From Plasmodiophora brassicae (taxonomy: Eukaryota), in NCBI GenBank assembly GCA_036867785.1, contig CP145419.1:558001-622000 (forward strand): a DNA stretch of 64,000 nucleotides, in the 5' to 3' direction. Below, in pieces: positions 1 through 11,853 of this stretch. The notes under the pieces are model-generated. The model searched no databases and was not told the DNA's origin. It saw nothing but the letters and a program-made list of their open reading frames with translations. Position 1 is the first letter of the stretch. Every line of letters starts with the position of its first letter. Position numbers and translations under genes: made by a program.

Positions 1-1050
1 ATGCGACCAGGCGTCATCGGCGGCGTTCATCATCATCGCCGTCGAATACCGATGCGATTCCGTCAAGCGCACACTGGGCCGGGATCGATGCGCTCTCGCA
101 TGGGTGAGCGCCCCGGGGCTGCCGTTGTAGGCGGGGGCCACCCGCTTGACGCCATGGTTGTTGTGGTTGGACGCGCGGACCCGATGACGCTGCTTGGCGA
201 AGACCTTCAGGTTCCGTTCGCAGAGCGCAATGTCCATCAACCGGCGTCCGCGCCCCCCCGCACACGCACACAGCAGACCGCACCCGGCGGCGACCGACGA
301 ACCGCCTCGTCCCGCACCGGCACCGACTACAGAATGTCGCGGAAGAGCGACTTCAGGCGGCGCGGCCCCCGATCCGGTAACGTGGGCGCTGCGGTCACGC
401 GGGTAGCTCCCAAAATGGGCGGGCGCGACGGTCGGGTGCCCGTTATGGGGCGGGGCGTGCCTGACGCGCGTTCCAGAACAATTCCCGCTGGCGGCAATGT
501 GTGCGGAGGGCTGACACTGCAGGCGCCGAACGTGGCTCGGAAAGCCGAAGGGGGTTGGTGGTGGTGGTGGTGGTGGTGCCGGCCCTGGTCGTACGGGCAG
601 GGAACTCTGCACGCACCCCTGGGCTGAGCAGAGGTCGGGTTTTAGCGCGCGCTGTGACGGGCAGTGCGGGAAAACGACTGCCCGCTGTGTGCTGCCTGCA
701 TGGTCACCTGGGTCCAGAGCGCCAGCCGCGTGTCCCCGTGGCCCCTTCAGCGGATGCAATGTGCAGTCCAGGTTGTTGGCGCCAGGCAGGCAGGCAGGCG
801 CGGGCGGGGCCGAAGTCCGTTGCGGCGGGCGGAGCGCGTTAATGGATGCCAGCGCCGATCGCGCTGATCGAGCTCGTTGATCAAGCCTGTCGGATCGGGT
901 CGGCGTCTCATATGATCCGGCAGGCGTTGCAGGTCGTTGCGGCGCGCGCATCGGCTCGTCTAGCAATCGCGCTGATTCGACGATTGGAAGGTTGCCGACG
1001 AAGACGATAGCGTCGACTGGGGTGCCGCGTGTGCCGCGCTAATCGCTCGA

Positions 1051-2313
1051 GTGTCGAGAGGGAGCCTGCCGGCTGGCGGCAGTAAAGAGGAGGAAGAACG
1101 CGACGACGAGCGATCCCGATGGTACGCGCTAGTTCTATGCGAGACGCTGTTCATCCACCATCGGCCGTTCCGGGTCGGAAGCCTGTCGAGACTCAGAGAC
1201 CTTGCTGCAGCGGCTCTTTCCGATAGCACATGCGTTCGGGAACGTTGCCTGGTTACCTTCAGTAGGGCGTATATGCGCAGGTGATGCATGTCGCCCTAAC
1301 ATCTTTCCAAAGGACGGTGGATGGCCCGTTTTCCTGGTGAGTGGCGATTACAGATTCTGCCCCTGTACGTGAGGAATGCGTTCCATCTGGAGATTCCGGA
1401 GGACCCTAGCGTAGCACGTCGAGAGGCCGTCTCGGACGGTCTGGCGTCTATGGAGGAGGTGTTCCTCGCTAAGGTTGTATGGCTGAAGCTGCGCCGCTGG
1501 TTGCACTTATGCGATGCGACAGACGAGCCGACTGAGCGACGCAGTTCAAGAATTACAAACCTGCTTCGAGATCGTTATTCCTGACATTGGCATGAACCCG
1601 GCGTCAAGTGGCGACCCGATGCTGAGTGCCCTTGCGACTGGTGATGTCGTCGACGAGTTCTCTGACGTCGAGATTCAGGTTTCCAGGTTGGTTACATGCC
1701 CTATGCGCATGATGAAGCTTTAAATTGGTCATCGTCTATTTAGTGACGAGTGGGATGCCAGCGATGCCGACGATTTTGACGAAGACGATTTGCAGTGGCC
1801 AGCGGCTTCATCGACAGGGGCGCCTGCTGTCAACGTTGCGGTTGAGATTTCCAGAGACCTGACCGGTGTGTCTTCATCGCATAATCAAACCGTGTTCGAC
1901 GCCATGCGCGACCTCCAGAAAGAACTCAAAGTTGCCAGGTACACGCGTCTCGCAGATTCTACGATGGCAATTGAAACGGCGCGCCTAGACCGGAGCTTCA
2001 AGGCTGGAAAACGTTGCTTGAGTCAGCAAGAAAGCTTGCGACGTCCGACGAATGGCGCGAACGCCTGTGGTCTCATCGGACGCAGGTCCGCTATGGTGTC
2101 GTGGCGAGCCTGTTGTTGCGAGTGGAGGACGCCATGTGGCAATGCGAAGTCCTTATAGGTCGGCGAAACGACAAGCGCCTTGAGGAGCGACAGGAAACGA
2201 GGCCAACGCCGACGGCGGTTAAACCAATTGTCGCTGCACCCTCGAACAAGCGAAAGACAAAGCCATCGACTGCGAGATCCAGGATAGAAAAGAAGTTCAA
2301 GCCGAAGCGATGA
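1051..2313 (+). CDS. Hypothetical multi-exon protein (boundaries approximate)
   Basis: Chain of same-strand ORFs (1051-1284, 1321-1584, 1514-1723, 1790-2158, 2014-2313) separated by short GT..AG gaps; acidic middle and Lys/Arg-rich C-terminus; no family recognised. Confidence 0.4.
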
Positions 2314-2349
2314 AATAGCAGGGTTAGTTCATTCGTACAATGTAGTACT

Positions 2350-4273
2350 TTAGAATGGCATGGGGGTATCTAGTACAGAAAAACCTGTTGCGACACCACC
2401 TTCGTCAACGCCGAGTGCTTTCGTTCGAACTAAATACCCGGCACATTCGTTTATCAATGGAGCATCCCCATTGCCGCTGCACATGTATGATAAGCATCCG
2501 GCGAACAAGCCCACAGAGCAGATCCGGCCTTACCCTAACCAGACACTGTAAAACCCGACTGCCAAACCGTCAATAACACGCTTTGCAAGAAACGGTTCTA
2601 TGCTCACATTCGCTAACCGAGTTCTGCACCCGCATGTGTTCGTTGTTCTTGATAACTACTGTTGGATACGTGCGGGGCTCAAGTCGCTCCATCAGAACAT
2701 ACTGCTCGAGCTCTTCACGAGATAACTTCTTCAGTTGGGCAACAAGCCCATCGCCGTAGAAGTTGTTCCCACCTGCCATACGGTTACCCTCGATCACGCG
2801 TTCCCAATTTTAAAATGGTTCAACCGACCGCCTTCTCGTTGAGGCTTCAGCACATAACGGCCTGGAGCTTCCAGCGCCTAAAATGAATGTTTAGACGCTC
2901 TGTTCCGGACATGTCTGATGCCAAATACTTTTCGGATAAGTTCATCGACGTCGCGAGAAGGCCCAGAACCTTCAAAGCACCATTGCTGAGCGAAAACATT
3001 GCGTAGAACCTGGCAGTGATCTGGGGCGTCGGGAAAGAACATCTCGAGGCACCCAGGAATGCTAAGAGCCTAGCAAAGGGAGGTCATGGAGGTGACGCAC
3101 ATTCCCAGGATAGTCGTACCTGCTGGACGCGCTTGGTTCCAGCAAGGTGGTGAGCAATCGTCGGACACCTGATGGCAGACGACTGCTCAATCAGCAGACG
3201 AGCAGCCCACTCAGCATCAGATGGGTAATCGCGAGGCGTATATCCAGCGCGGAAGTACGCCACTCCCACTCGAATGTTCTTATCGCTAGTGGGCAAAGGT
3301 GAATTTAACAAGAACGGACAACGTCACCTTTGCTTACAGAAGCAGTGCGAACGTCCGCTCCTCAAGAGAGCCACTCGAACCAATTTCTCCTAGCGTCCGA
3401 CGAACTGATCTTATCCCATGCCTGTAAGCCAGACCCATTAACTGAAAAACGCTGTGCAGGCTTCTATGTCAAATACTTCTCCCAAAGAAGATACTGAAGG
3501 GCCCGTTGGTCTATTGCGTTGCCCTCATCGGGCTGTACGACCAGCATGACGACTGAGCCTGGCAGGCCGCACGCCGCGTTCGCAGCCGCTAGCCCTGCAG
3601 CAATCCTGACGTCCGCCATGTTCTCAGGCAGGCTGATACTCGGAAGCGCTTCCGACATTAGCAATCTGTCGGGCTGAGCATCAGATTCACACAACGATAG
3701 GCACAGGCTGATCTAACCGATGCAATCTCGACAGGCGAGAAGACAAGGCGCCGAACGCGGATGATATCGTGTTCAGTTCGACCTGCTTCATCGTGCCGTT
3801 GTGAAGCATGTAATCGGACCTGTCAATATACAACGCCATCTACTGGGATGGTTTAGAGTCAGCATCCAATAAAAACGTTATCGCTATCGACCTTTTGACG
3901 CAAAGGGCCCGCGTGGACAATGTCGTACACCTCGACAAGCTTCGCGGTGAACTCGTCCATCTTGACAACACTGGCCATCGTCAATATCGATAGTCCTTCA
4001 TGGAAGCGGGCAAATTTACTTTTTCAACGTGTCCTTCAAAAACGTCGGATGATGTTCAATTCGGTGGCAGAGGATGTTGAATAGCGGTGCCAGGTCCCGA
4101 CCACGTTGAAATTCGGACGCGGGCAACGGCACGGGGAACAGCGTTGCCGGCGCCCGCTGCCCCTTCATCTGCAGCCCGAGCACTGACGCATATGCTGCCG
4201 TCTCGGAAAGCCATTCGCCCAGGTTCTCATCTGGCACGACAACCGCCGCGTCGAGCAAGTATGCTGTCAGCAT
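2350..4273 (-). CDS. GSS: Eukaryotic glutathione synthetase, multi-exon (start codon uncertain)
   Basis: Motifs [36 protein letters not shown] and a C-terminal [22 protein letters not shown] ending at the stop at 2350-2352. Confidence 0.93.
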
Positions 4274-4537
4274 GACGATCGTCCTCTGCAGTGAAGTTCC
4301 GACAAAAAGAATGGCGACCCCGCGCTGTACTTTTTTGAGTCTACGGTGATGACGGTTCCGTCTGCACGCCATCCAAACGAACATAAACTTTTCGTATTTC
4401 TGGCTTCACTGGTGGTAGGAGGCCAATGCTTGCCTGTTGACGAACGCCCAGGTCACAAATGTTTAGAAGCGTTAAGATCGATGAACCAGGTACAAGTCAG
4501 CTGGCACGCGCCACCTGTGTTGACACATTGATGATCG

Positions 4538-7500
4538 ATGCCGATCGATACGCGACGTCGTCTGCGACTGGCAGTGGTTGGCGTACTGGCGGTCGTCGAG
4601 GTCACGGCCCGATCCCTGCAGACCCTGCTCGTGCAACCTCTGAAGCATCTGGCCGGCGATCCGGAAATCCATGTCCCTGTCTTTGTGGCATTCGTTGAAT
4701 CGGCGAGCTTCGTTCTGTCCATGGCGGTGTGGTTGACATTCTGTCTGGCGACCAACACCAAAGTTGAAATCAGGAACTGGCGGTACCGCTTGCCTATGTA
4801 CTGCTGCTTAGCGGTACTTGATGGCATGGCCGTCATCACAGCATCAATTGGTCGAAGTCTGCTGCCTGCCATTCCCTTCACGTTGATTGGTGCTCTTTCC
4901 ATGACATTCACTCTCATGCTGCACTCCATCTTCAAGACTAAGCAGGTATCTCTCCGGGCAAGCACCGTGAATTCCATCATTTGACTAGCGCAACAGTTCC
5001 CGATTCACCAGAAGATTGCAGGCTGTTTCACCGTCCTCAGCGTTCTTGCTCTGTTCGTATTCAAAGCGGAGGCTGACGCCGACGCTGATCGATCCACTCA
5101 CCTGCTTGTAATGGGAATAAGCGCGATCAGCGCGTTCTGTGTGGCTGCTGGAGGTTTCCTTTCCCGGACGTTCCTTCGACGGGAACACACTGCCGACACT
5201 ACCGTAAACTTCGATGCGCTGTACCCAGCAATGTCAAAAAAATTATGCAGTGATGTAAGGTTTTGTTTAATTTTTTGCCCGAACATGCGGCGTTTTTTTG
5301 GGTGGGGTGCGAGCTGCAGACTTCCGAGCCGGGCGGAACATTTAAACCATTGCCGCCTCAGGCGTTCGCATCGACCGCGATGCACTCCCGCCAGTCCATA
5401 ACGAACGCCGACAAGCTGGCCATTTTGATGTGCTGGCGCCGCGCATCAGTACAAGGTACATCGTTGCATAACTTCGCCGATGCCAATGGCGTTGCACCCA
5501 GTCAAATCCGACGGTGGAAGAAACTGGAGACGCGCCTAAGTCAATCGCGCCCCGATGCAACAACGATTTCTCGTGGTCGGGCGCCTACGTTCACAGAGCA
5601 AGAAGAAGACGATCTGCTTCGGTGGATCTTTGATAGACGGGACGCAGGGATAGGTACTACCTTCAACTACGCCCGCATTTCGTTGTAGTGGAACTCATAG
5701 AACCTTCGTCTAGGAATATCGTTAAATAGCCTCAAACAGTATGCTTGTGAAATGTTTTCGGGGCTTAAGGAAAAGTCTTCTAGCGCCAAGGAGTCGACGC
5801 TAAGGCGTTTCTTAAAAAGGCATCGTCTAACGACGCGTGTATGCACGCACTCCTCGTCTGTCGGGCCAGAGCAAGAACGGCGTCTGGCGGGAACCTTCAT
5901 GGCTTCCATCGTACCGCGTATTGCCAGCCTCGACAAGAGGCTGATCATCAATATGGATGAGACGGCAGTCTTCTTTGACATGTCTCGAAACCGGACGATC
6001 GATCGTGTCGGCGCGAGGCATGTCAACATGCGCAAGACATCGTCGTCGACGCTCAGGGTCACTGTAGCAGTAGCCGTTACTGCCAGTGGTTCGATTCTTC
6101 GGCCTATGATCATTTTCAAAGGTCAGCCTCAGGGCCGCATCGCGACACGCGAGCTGCCGGAATATCCGCCTGGCAGCGAATACGCGTGCCAGCCGCACGC
6201 TTGGATGGATGGCGCTACTATGCAACAATGGGTTAAGAAGGTATCGCCTTCAGTATGGCACGATCATTGAACTAACAGAGTTTAACAGTGTCTACAACCG
6301 TACATTGCGAGTGTGCCTGTTGAGGCTCAAAGTCCTGTATTGCTTCTGGATTCTTTCCGATGCCACGTTATGGCACCAGTGCTGTTGAGCATCAACAGTA
6401 TTGGCGTCCAGGTGGAGCATGTTCCCAGCCATTGCACCGCACTCGTTCAGCCGATCGACGTGGGTGTCAACCGATCATTTAAGTCACGAATCCGGGATCA
6501 ATGGGAGCATTGGTTACTGGAAAAGCCCATCGGTGACCCGTTGGATCCACCAACACGTCCTCAAGTGGCATCGTGGATAATCCGATCGTTGCAAGAGCTA
6601 TCGCCTGATGTGATCCGAAGGTCATGGCGTAGCCATGATTTTCCCTACTTTACAGATACCGAATAAACAATAGATGGCGTTACAGCAGGATACAACGTGC
6701 CATGCCGCCATGGCGATGCGACCGTCGACGGTCGTACACATTGTCAGAGCGAGAGTACAATTCGACAACTCTTGCAAGTCGGTTGTCGAATCGGTTGGCT
6801 CTCGCAATGTAATGACGGGGCAGGAATCCCACCAAACATTGATCAGAACCGTTCCTCACACGATAAACGGCAATTGCCGTCTCGGTGTTGCCCGCATCTG
6901 GGGATATCATTGTCGTTAAATCGTCGACGAATTAGGGATGACTTACCATTAATGATTTGAACAATACGCAACCGGACAATGCTGTCTGGTTCCAGGACAG
7001 ACCCGCACACGGTGTGCTCTTGACAGCAGCGTCCACGGTTGCCGATCTCGATCCCTACAATCTCAACATGGACGGACGACATCGCCGGTCAGCTGTCGGA
7101 TCGGGACCATGCTGTGGTTGCGACCTTGAAATTCGGGCCTGATATGATGTCGAGCTGACTGGCCCTCGTAGTCGGTGGTCGCAAAAAAGTTCGAAGCCTT
7201 TTTTTGGACAGGGGGGCACAGGATGCGCTAGGCACAGCGCATCGAAGTTTACGGGTAGCAAGCATGACATGCGGCTCGTACTGGAAACCAATGCGATCCA
7301 GTCGTTCCTGGTCTTCGTGATCGTCGTTCCCGTCACTATTGCGTATGCCCCTGGCGAGGCCTGGCCGAGCATGTACAGCCGAATCCAGCTCGCAGGACGG
7401 TTCGCTCCGTTCTTTGCCATTGTGGTTGGAATGTTTCTGGCCCGGCCGCTGGCCCTGTTCAGCACATGCTCGTTGACGGCTATAGCCAGCGGGATCCTGC

Positions 7501-7760
7501 CTCGACTGCTGGGCGGACCACGTCGCGTGATTGTCATCTTGGTGAGCGTCCTGTCTGGCTTGCCCGATGAGCTATCGTTTGGCAATCAAGTTTCGGCTAT
7601 GCTCATGCTGGTGTCCCTTGGCCTCCATCTGTATGCCTCGTTGAGGAAGGTCCCGGTTCTCGGTAACGTGACTACCAAGGGTGCGCCCCTGGAAACGCTG
7701 CCAAGATCCACGAAAGCGAATCCACCATTCAGAAGAGCATCAGCCCTGGCTCATATTTAA
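4538..7760 (+). CDS. Multi-pass DMT-superfamily (CRT-like/SLC35-like) transporter, interrupted by a pogo transposon at TA 5200-5201
   Basis: Hydrophobic exon 4538-4945, intron ~4946-4996, exon 2 to 5201, and a continuation at 7258-7760. Removing the element rejoins ...REHTADT-SKHDMRLVLETNAIQSF in frame. The AVLDG...G..LLP...LI..LS..FT...IF.K...HQKIAGC pattern is DMT/CRT-like. Confidence 0.65.
5380..6666 (+). CDS. pogo transposase (HTH/CENP-B-type DNA-binding domain + DDE_1, DD35D), 3 exons
   Basis: Introns 5654-5713 and 6241-6288 restore one frame; catalytic motifs INMDET, LLLDSFRCH and VQPIDVGVN, with 35 residues between the 2nd and 3rd Asp. Confidence 0.92.
6680..7082 (-). CDS. Transposon-borne 117-aa cargo protein, possibly HIRAN-like, 2 exons
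   Basis: A 49-nt GTAAGT..CAG intron (6898-6946) joins MSSVHVEIVGIEIGNRGRCCQEHTVCG..IVRLRIVQIIN to DAGNTETAIAVY..CLVGFLPRH in frame; the IVG/AIAVY/VGFLPR pattern recalls HIRAN domains. Confidence 0.7.
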
Positions 7761-8753
7761 ATAACAGTCGCGTTGCCAATCCGTCAGCCAGCCGCTGTAT
7801 CTGCAGGAAGCGCGCAGAGGGGTCCCATTAGCGGGGACCGATCTGCGCGCTATTCTAGGATGGCGCGCGGTAAGCAGGCTTCGCTTATCAAAAAAAGCAA
7901 TCAGTTCGTTGCGATCGTGGATCGCGAATGCCACGCGGTGTCACCCCGATGGTGTCATCGTGCCGAAGCGGGCTGTAGAGCGACCGGGGCGTCATATAGG
8001 AAACTAACCATCAATGCCGAAAGGCGAATGGTGGCACGTGCTGACAGACGTCCGATATGCATCCACCACAAATGAAATCGAACGCGGAATTGTCCATGGG
8101 CGGTAGTCGTCCCTGCCGGTGCTGCTTGGGAATCGCTTCTGTAGGAAGGTTACCTTCTCGACGGCTGTTTAAGTCGACCTTTGCGGCTCTGTTTGACTGG
8201 CATTCATCCAGTGGTTTAACTGCGGTCGGTGCTTTTGATTTATTGTCGTAACTCGAAGAGTGCAGACGACCGTAACGCCGGTGCATATCATGGACATGGC
8301 CATCGATCACCAAACGGGTTAAGCATGAGACGTGCGGCCCACGGATAGGCCTCTCGAAGAGCACTGGGTGTGATCTGGGCAGCCGATTTTAGTCAGGACC
8401 ACCCTGTAGCGGAAGCACAGCCTGCCGACGGCGCGCTGGTACCGAGCCGCGACGCCGGGGGCCATAGTTCGTCCGTCTGTTCGGGATTGAGCGATTTTGC
8501 GGTGGCGCCGCAGTTCTGTCGGATCGGGTGGCAGCGTGCGGTGATCCGTGACTCTGATCTGAGGCCGCATTTAGCTCCGTCCGTCCCAGTGAGCTGCGGG
8601 GAACAAACGAGTGGCGGCGTGGTGGTCCGCAGACCGCACTTGAGACTGGTCAAACTTGTAATCAGCGGCACGGCGTTGCGCCACGGCCCCGCGGGGTAGC
8701 CACGTCACACACGGCCCTTGGCGTTTCGCGCCTCTCACCCGCGTCTTGTATCA

Positions 8754-9389
8754 ATGGTCAGTGCGTGTATATCGTCGAAACGCTCAATGCAGGGCCTAAT
8801 AATGCGTGCTCAGCATCCGTTCCGGTCATCGAATCCGGCGGCTGGCGACCCCGTCGATGGGAACTGGCCGCTTGTTGGCTCCGTCTTCACGTACGTGGAA
8901 CACGACACGCCCGTCGTGCCGACAGCGGTACGGCCGCCGAACGTCCCTCCACGGAAACCGTTATCGGAGAGCGAGCGGTCCCTGCTCGTCGAAGGCCACT
9001 GGGTCCCATTTGACAACACGCGCCTTGCCGTCTCGGGCGGGTACCGCCGCTCGCCCTTCCCATCGTCGTCATCGTCATCGGCTCGTAAACCCGACGGTCC
9101 ACAGCCGCCACCGGGTTCCAGGCACTTGGTCGTTGAAGAGCAGTCGTTGTCACTGCGAAAGCAACAGAAGCAGCCTGCGTATTTCTCTAAAGCGCTGCAG
9201 GCGGCGACCAGAGCGAAGGCGGCGTCAAAGAAGTTGAACCTACGGAAGGTGCCGCTTTCGTCGGTCCGGTCGTACAGGGGGCCAAATGGTGACCCCATCG
9301 CGGGCAATTTGCAACCCACGAACCCATCAGTCACCATGATGAACGGGTGTTTGGTGAAGCGACCGATCAACGTGCCGATCAGCACGTAA
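8754..9389 (+). CDS. Hypothetical basic, Pro/Ser-rich protein
   Basis: Open frame 8718-9389 in a gene-sized gap; no recognisable domain. Confidence 0.35.
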   Translation: MVSACISSKRSMQGLIMRAQHPFRSSNPAAGDPVDGNWPLVGSVFTYVEHDTPVVPTAVRPPNVPPRKPLSESERSLLVEGHWVPFDNTRLAVSGGYRRSPFPSSSSSSARKPDGPQPPPGSRHLVVEEQSLSLRKQQKQPAYFSKALQAATRAKAASKKLNLRKVPLSSVRSYRGPNGDPIAGNLQPTNPSVTMMNGCLVKRPINVPIST

Positions 9390-9584
9390 CGAGTAGTCAG
9401 AGTTAGGTCACGAAGAGGATGAACGCGAAGGGGCGGTCTCTCCGTCACTCCCTGCCTGTACCGGCTCCTATCTCCTGATGTGATTGAACTAATATACGGT
9501 ACACAATGTTGTTTCTCTCCATTCAATACGGGATATGCCACAGTGAAGTGGCTGCGTTGTGGTGACTGTATTCGTCTACGTAGT

Positions 9585-10430
9585 TCAGCCACTACCGAAC
9601 TGGGCGATCTTGTTGTTGAAAGCCGTACGAATGAAGTCTGGTTCCGACATGCACTTGCGGATCTCATCGAGCGATTCGAAGCGCTGGCAGTACGCGCTGA
9701 GGCGCGGGAACCGCTTCAGGCACTGGTTATTCAGTGTCGAATACTGCTGCAGCATCTCATAGCACAGGAAATCTACCAACGCGATCAGTGGATGCCTCAT
9801 TGGCTAGCTGGACCGCTGTGGACATACCAGCATAGGTAATGCTCGGCCCACAGATCCAGTCATGCTTCAGGAAGGTTTCGAACCGCTTCAGAATGTTGGG
9901 GATGTTCTCAATTAGCGCGTCCTTGAGATGATGGAACTGTGGATTGTAGCACAGGCCGGTGTACTTGCCGCGCGCGTCAGCAATCTCATTGGCGACCATG
10001 TTAATCATGGCGCGAGCCTTTGGCGTATCACCCGCCAGGCCATGTTTCCTGGCAGCTTATCATGGGCATGCATCTAGGTATACGGCAATGGAATTGGCAG
10101 CATACTCGGCGAGATACAGGATGATGGCCATCGATTGCGTCATGCGAAGATCGCCGTCGATCAGGTACGGCAGATTAGGGAAGTCCAACTGCAGCGTCTC
10201 CTTGACCTTCAGCCATTCGTCACAGGAGAATTCCGGCCCGCTGCCCTGATGGTACCGCACGTCGTCGAACGGCGTCTTGGTGTACTCTTCCGGCAAACCA
10301 TGGGTCAGACTGATGTGCACGGGCACACACGGTTCGACGACGCGTTCGTACTCAGAAGCATGCGGATCGGTTGCGCTAGGCCGCGAATGGCCCAGTAACC
10401 CAGCACGACTCGCTGCGCATCGCCCGTCAT
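9585..10430 (-). CDS. GSTM: Glutathione S-transferase, mu class, multi-exon
   Basis: VLGYWAIRGLAQPIRMLL, LDFPNLPYLIDGDLRMTQSMAI, DFLCYEML and AFNNKIAQFG. Confidence 0.93.
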
Positions 10431-11853
10431 CTCACAGCAGCCGCCAACCTCAAGTGCACGGCCCGCCACCGAAATGAACCAGGCCGATGCGCACGGCGTG
10501 ACGGCGCCCCCCTCCCCCCTGTATTGCATCTACAATATGGCACAGACACGTAGAAACGCACGCGATCCAGGCGATCATGCCCGGTCGTACCCTGCTCGCT
10601 CGATCCAGTCGGCCTTGCCAGATGGCAACGGCGATGGCGTCAAGGTCGCATCGAGATTCAGGACAGTGCTCGTCGTCTTTGGCAAACACGACGGGGCGTC
10701 AGACAACCATTGTAATAGACGTCCATGGAGAAACGTAACGACCGTCTGAGTGCACGACGCATGGAAGCAGGCAACCCGGGCGTTGTTTAAAGGTTGACAA
10801 GCTCATCGCGAACGCCAGTGTCGGGATCCGCATACACCTGGTCGTTTACCGTTGTCGTTAAGTTCGTTTGGAATTGAAGAACGCATCCGTGTTGTCGATA
10901 GCGGCCATACAGGCCCGCGCTACAACGTCAATCTCCCAGAAGACATCGCGATCGTCAGAGCGCAAAGTTGTCGTCGATGGACTAACGATTGGGCAGCTCT
11001 TTTGTCGTTTGATGCACGAACTCCATCATATGCGAATACGCAGCCGAAACGTAGAGACATTGTCAGCCACTAGCTGTTCGTGATGACTCTTCAGGCTCTG
11101 GCGTATTCCTTGTGCGCAGAGAAGTCGTGTGACAGAGCGGCTGCGAACCCTCCAGATACATGGTTGACAAACGTGGTTGGCGTCTGCCACTGTTTACATG
11201 CTCTGCACCAGCCATCCGCCCGAGCCCAGATGGAAGACGCCAGAACCTGAAGACTCATAACGAACAAAAGGGTCGAGCTGGCCATGTCCGACATGCGGTC
11301 AGCCATGTGCCGGCAGCCAGATTGCCAGTACGCGGTAGGGTTTGAGTCCAGCGTGTTCTGCCTGTACCACATGCGCGACATACGAAACAAGTACGCTACA
11401 GCATCAGTGACATGTCGGTCTTACCGAAAGAGGTAGCGGGAGTGTCGAGTACATATTTCTCTGGAATTCGTGCAGCTTCCCGACGAACTTGGGGTAGATC
11501 CTTTGCTCCGCTGGTGCGCGTGACCCGACTGCTTGCTGAATCGTCAGATACTATTAGGCAATAACGATCCCGGAACGGCACCGCAGTGGAGATGCTCGAA
11601 CCCATTGCAGACGGGCGTCACATAAACCCGGAATTGGAGAATAATACCCGTGGCCGAGGCAGGCTCAACACCAGAGGAGACTGCCACGGCCATAAGGCGG
11701 CGACCCGCATGTGAATTGTGAACTGTGCTGAACGTCGCGACGGCTGGCAGGGCTATTTCCGGACCAACAAGCAATGGGCCCCATTCGACGCGCAGACCTT
11801 GGGCTCCCACGGCCCACCACCAGGTCATTGCGATCTCCTGTACTGGGTTGAGG

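Larger units (their letters stand above)
5202..7255 (+). mobile_element. pogo-family (Tc1/mariner superfamily) DNA transposon, ~2.05 kb, TA target-site duplication
   Basis: Left TIR CCGTAAACTTCGATGCGCTGTACCCAGC (5202-5229) matches the reverse complement of 7227-7254 with 2 mismatches; flanking TA at 5200-5201 and 7256-7257 (one extra G at 7255); internal transposase. Confidence 0.93.

Noticed and set aside
553-578. (GGT)n tract giving poly-Trp/poly-Val in ORFs 1-627 and 501-842
   Set aside because: Simple microsatellite in GC-rich DNA; the ORFs show no protein-like features
11091-11300. Short minus-strand ORF with a signal-peptide-like start (MASSTLLFVMSLQVLASSIWA) and CxxC
   Set aside because: Could be a small secreted protein, but I could not build a convincing downstream exon structure
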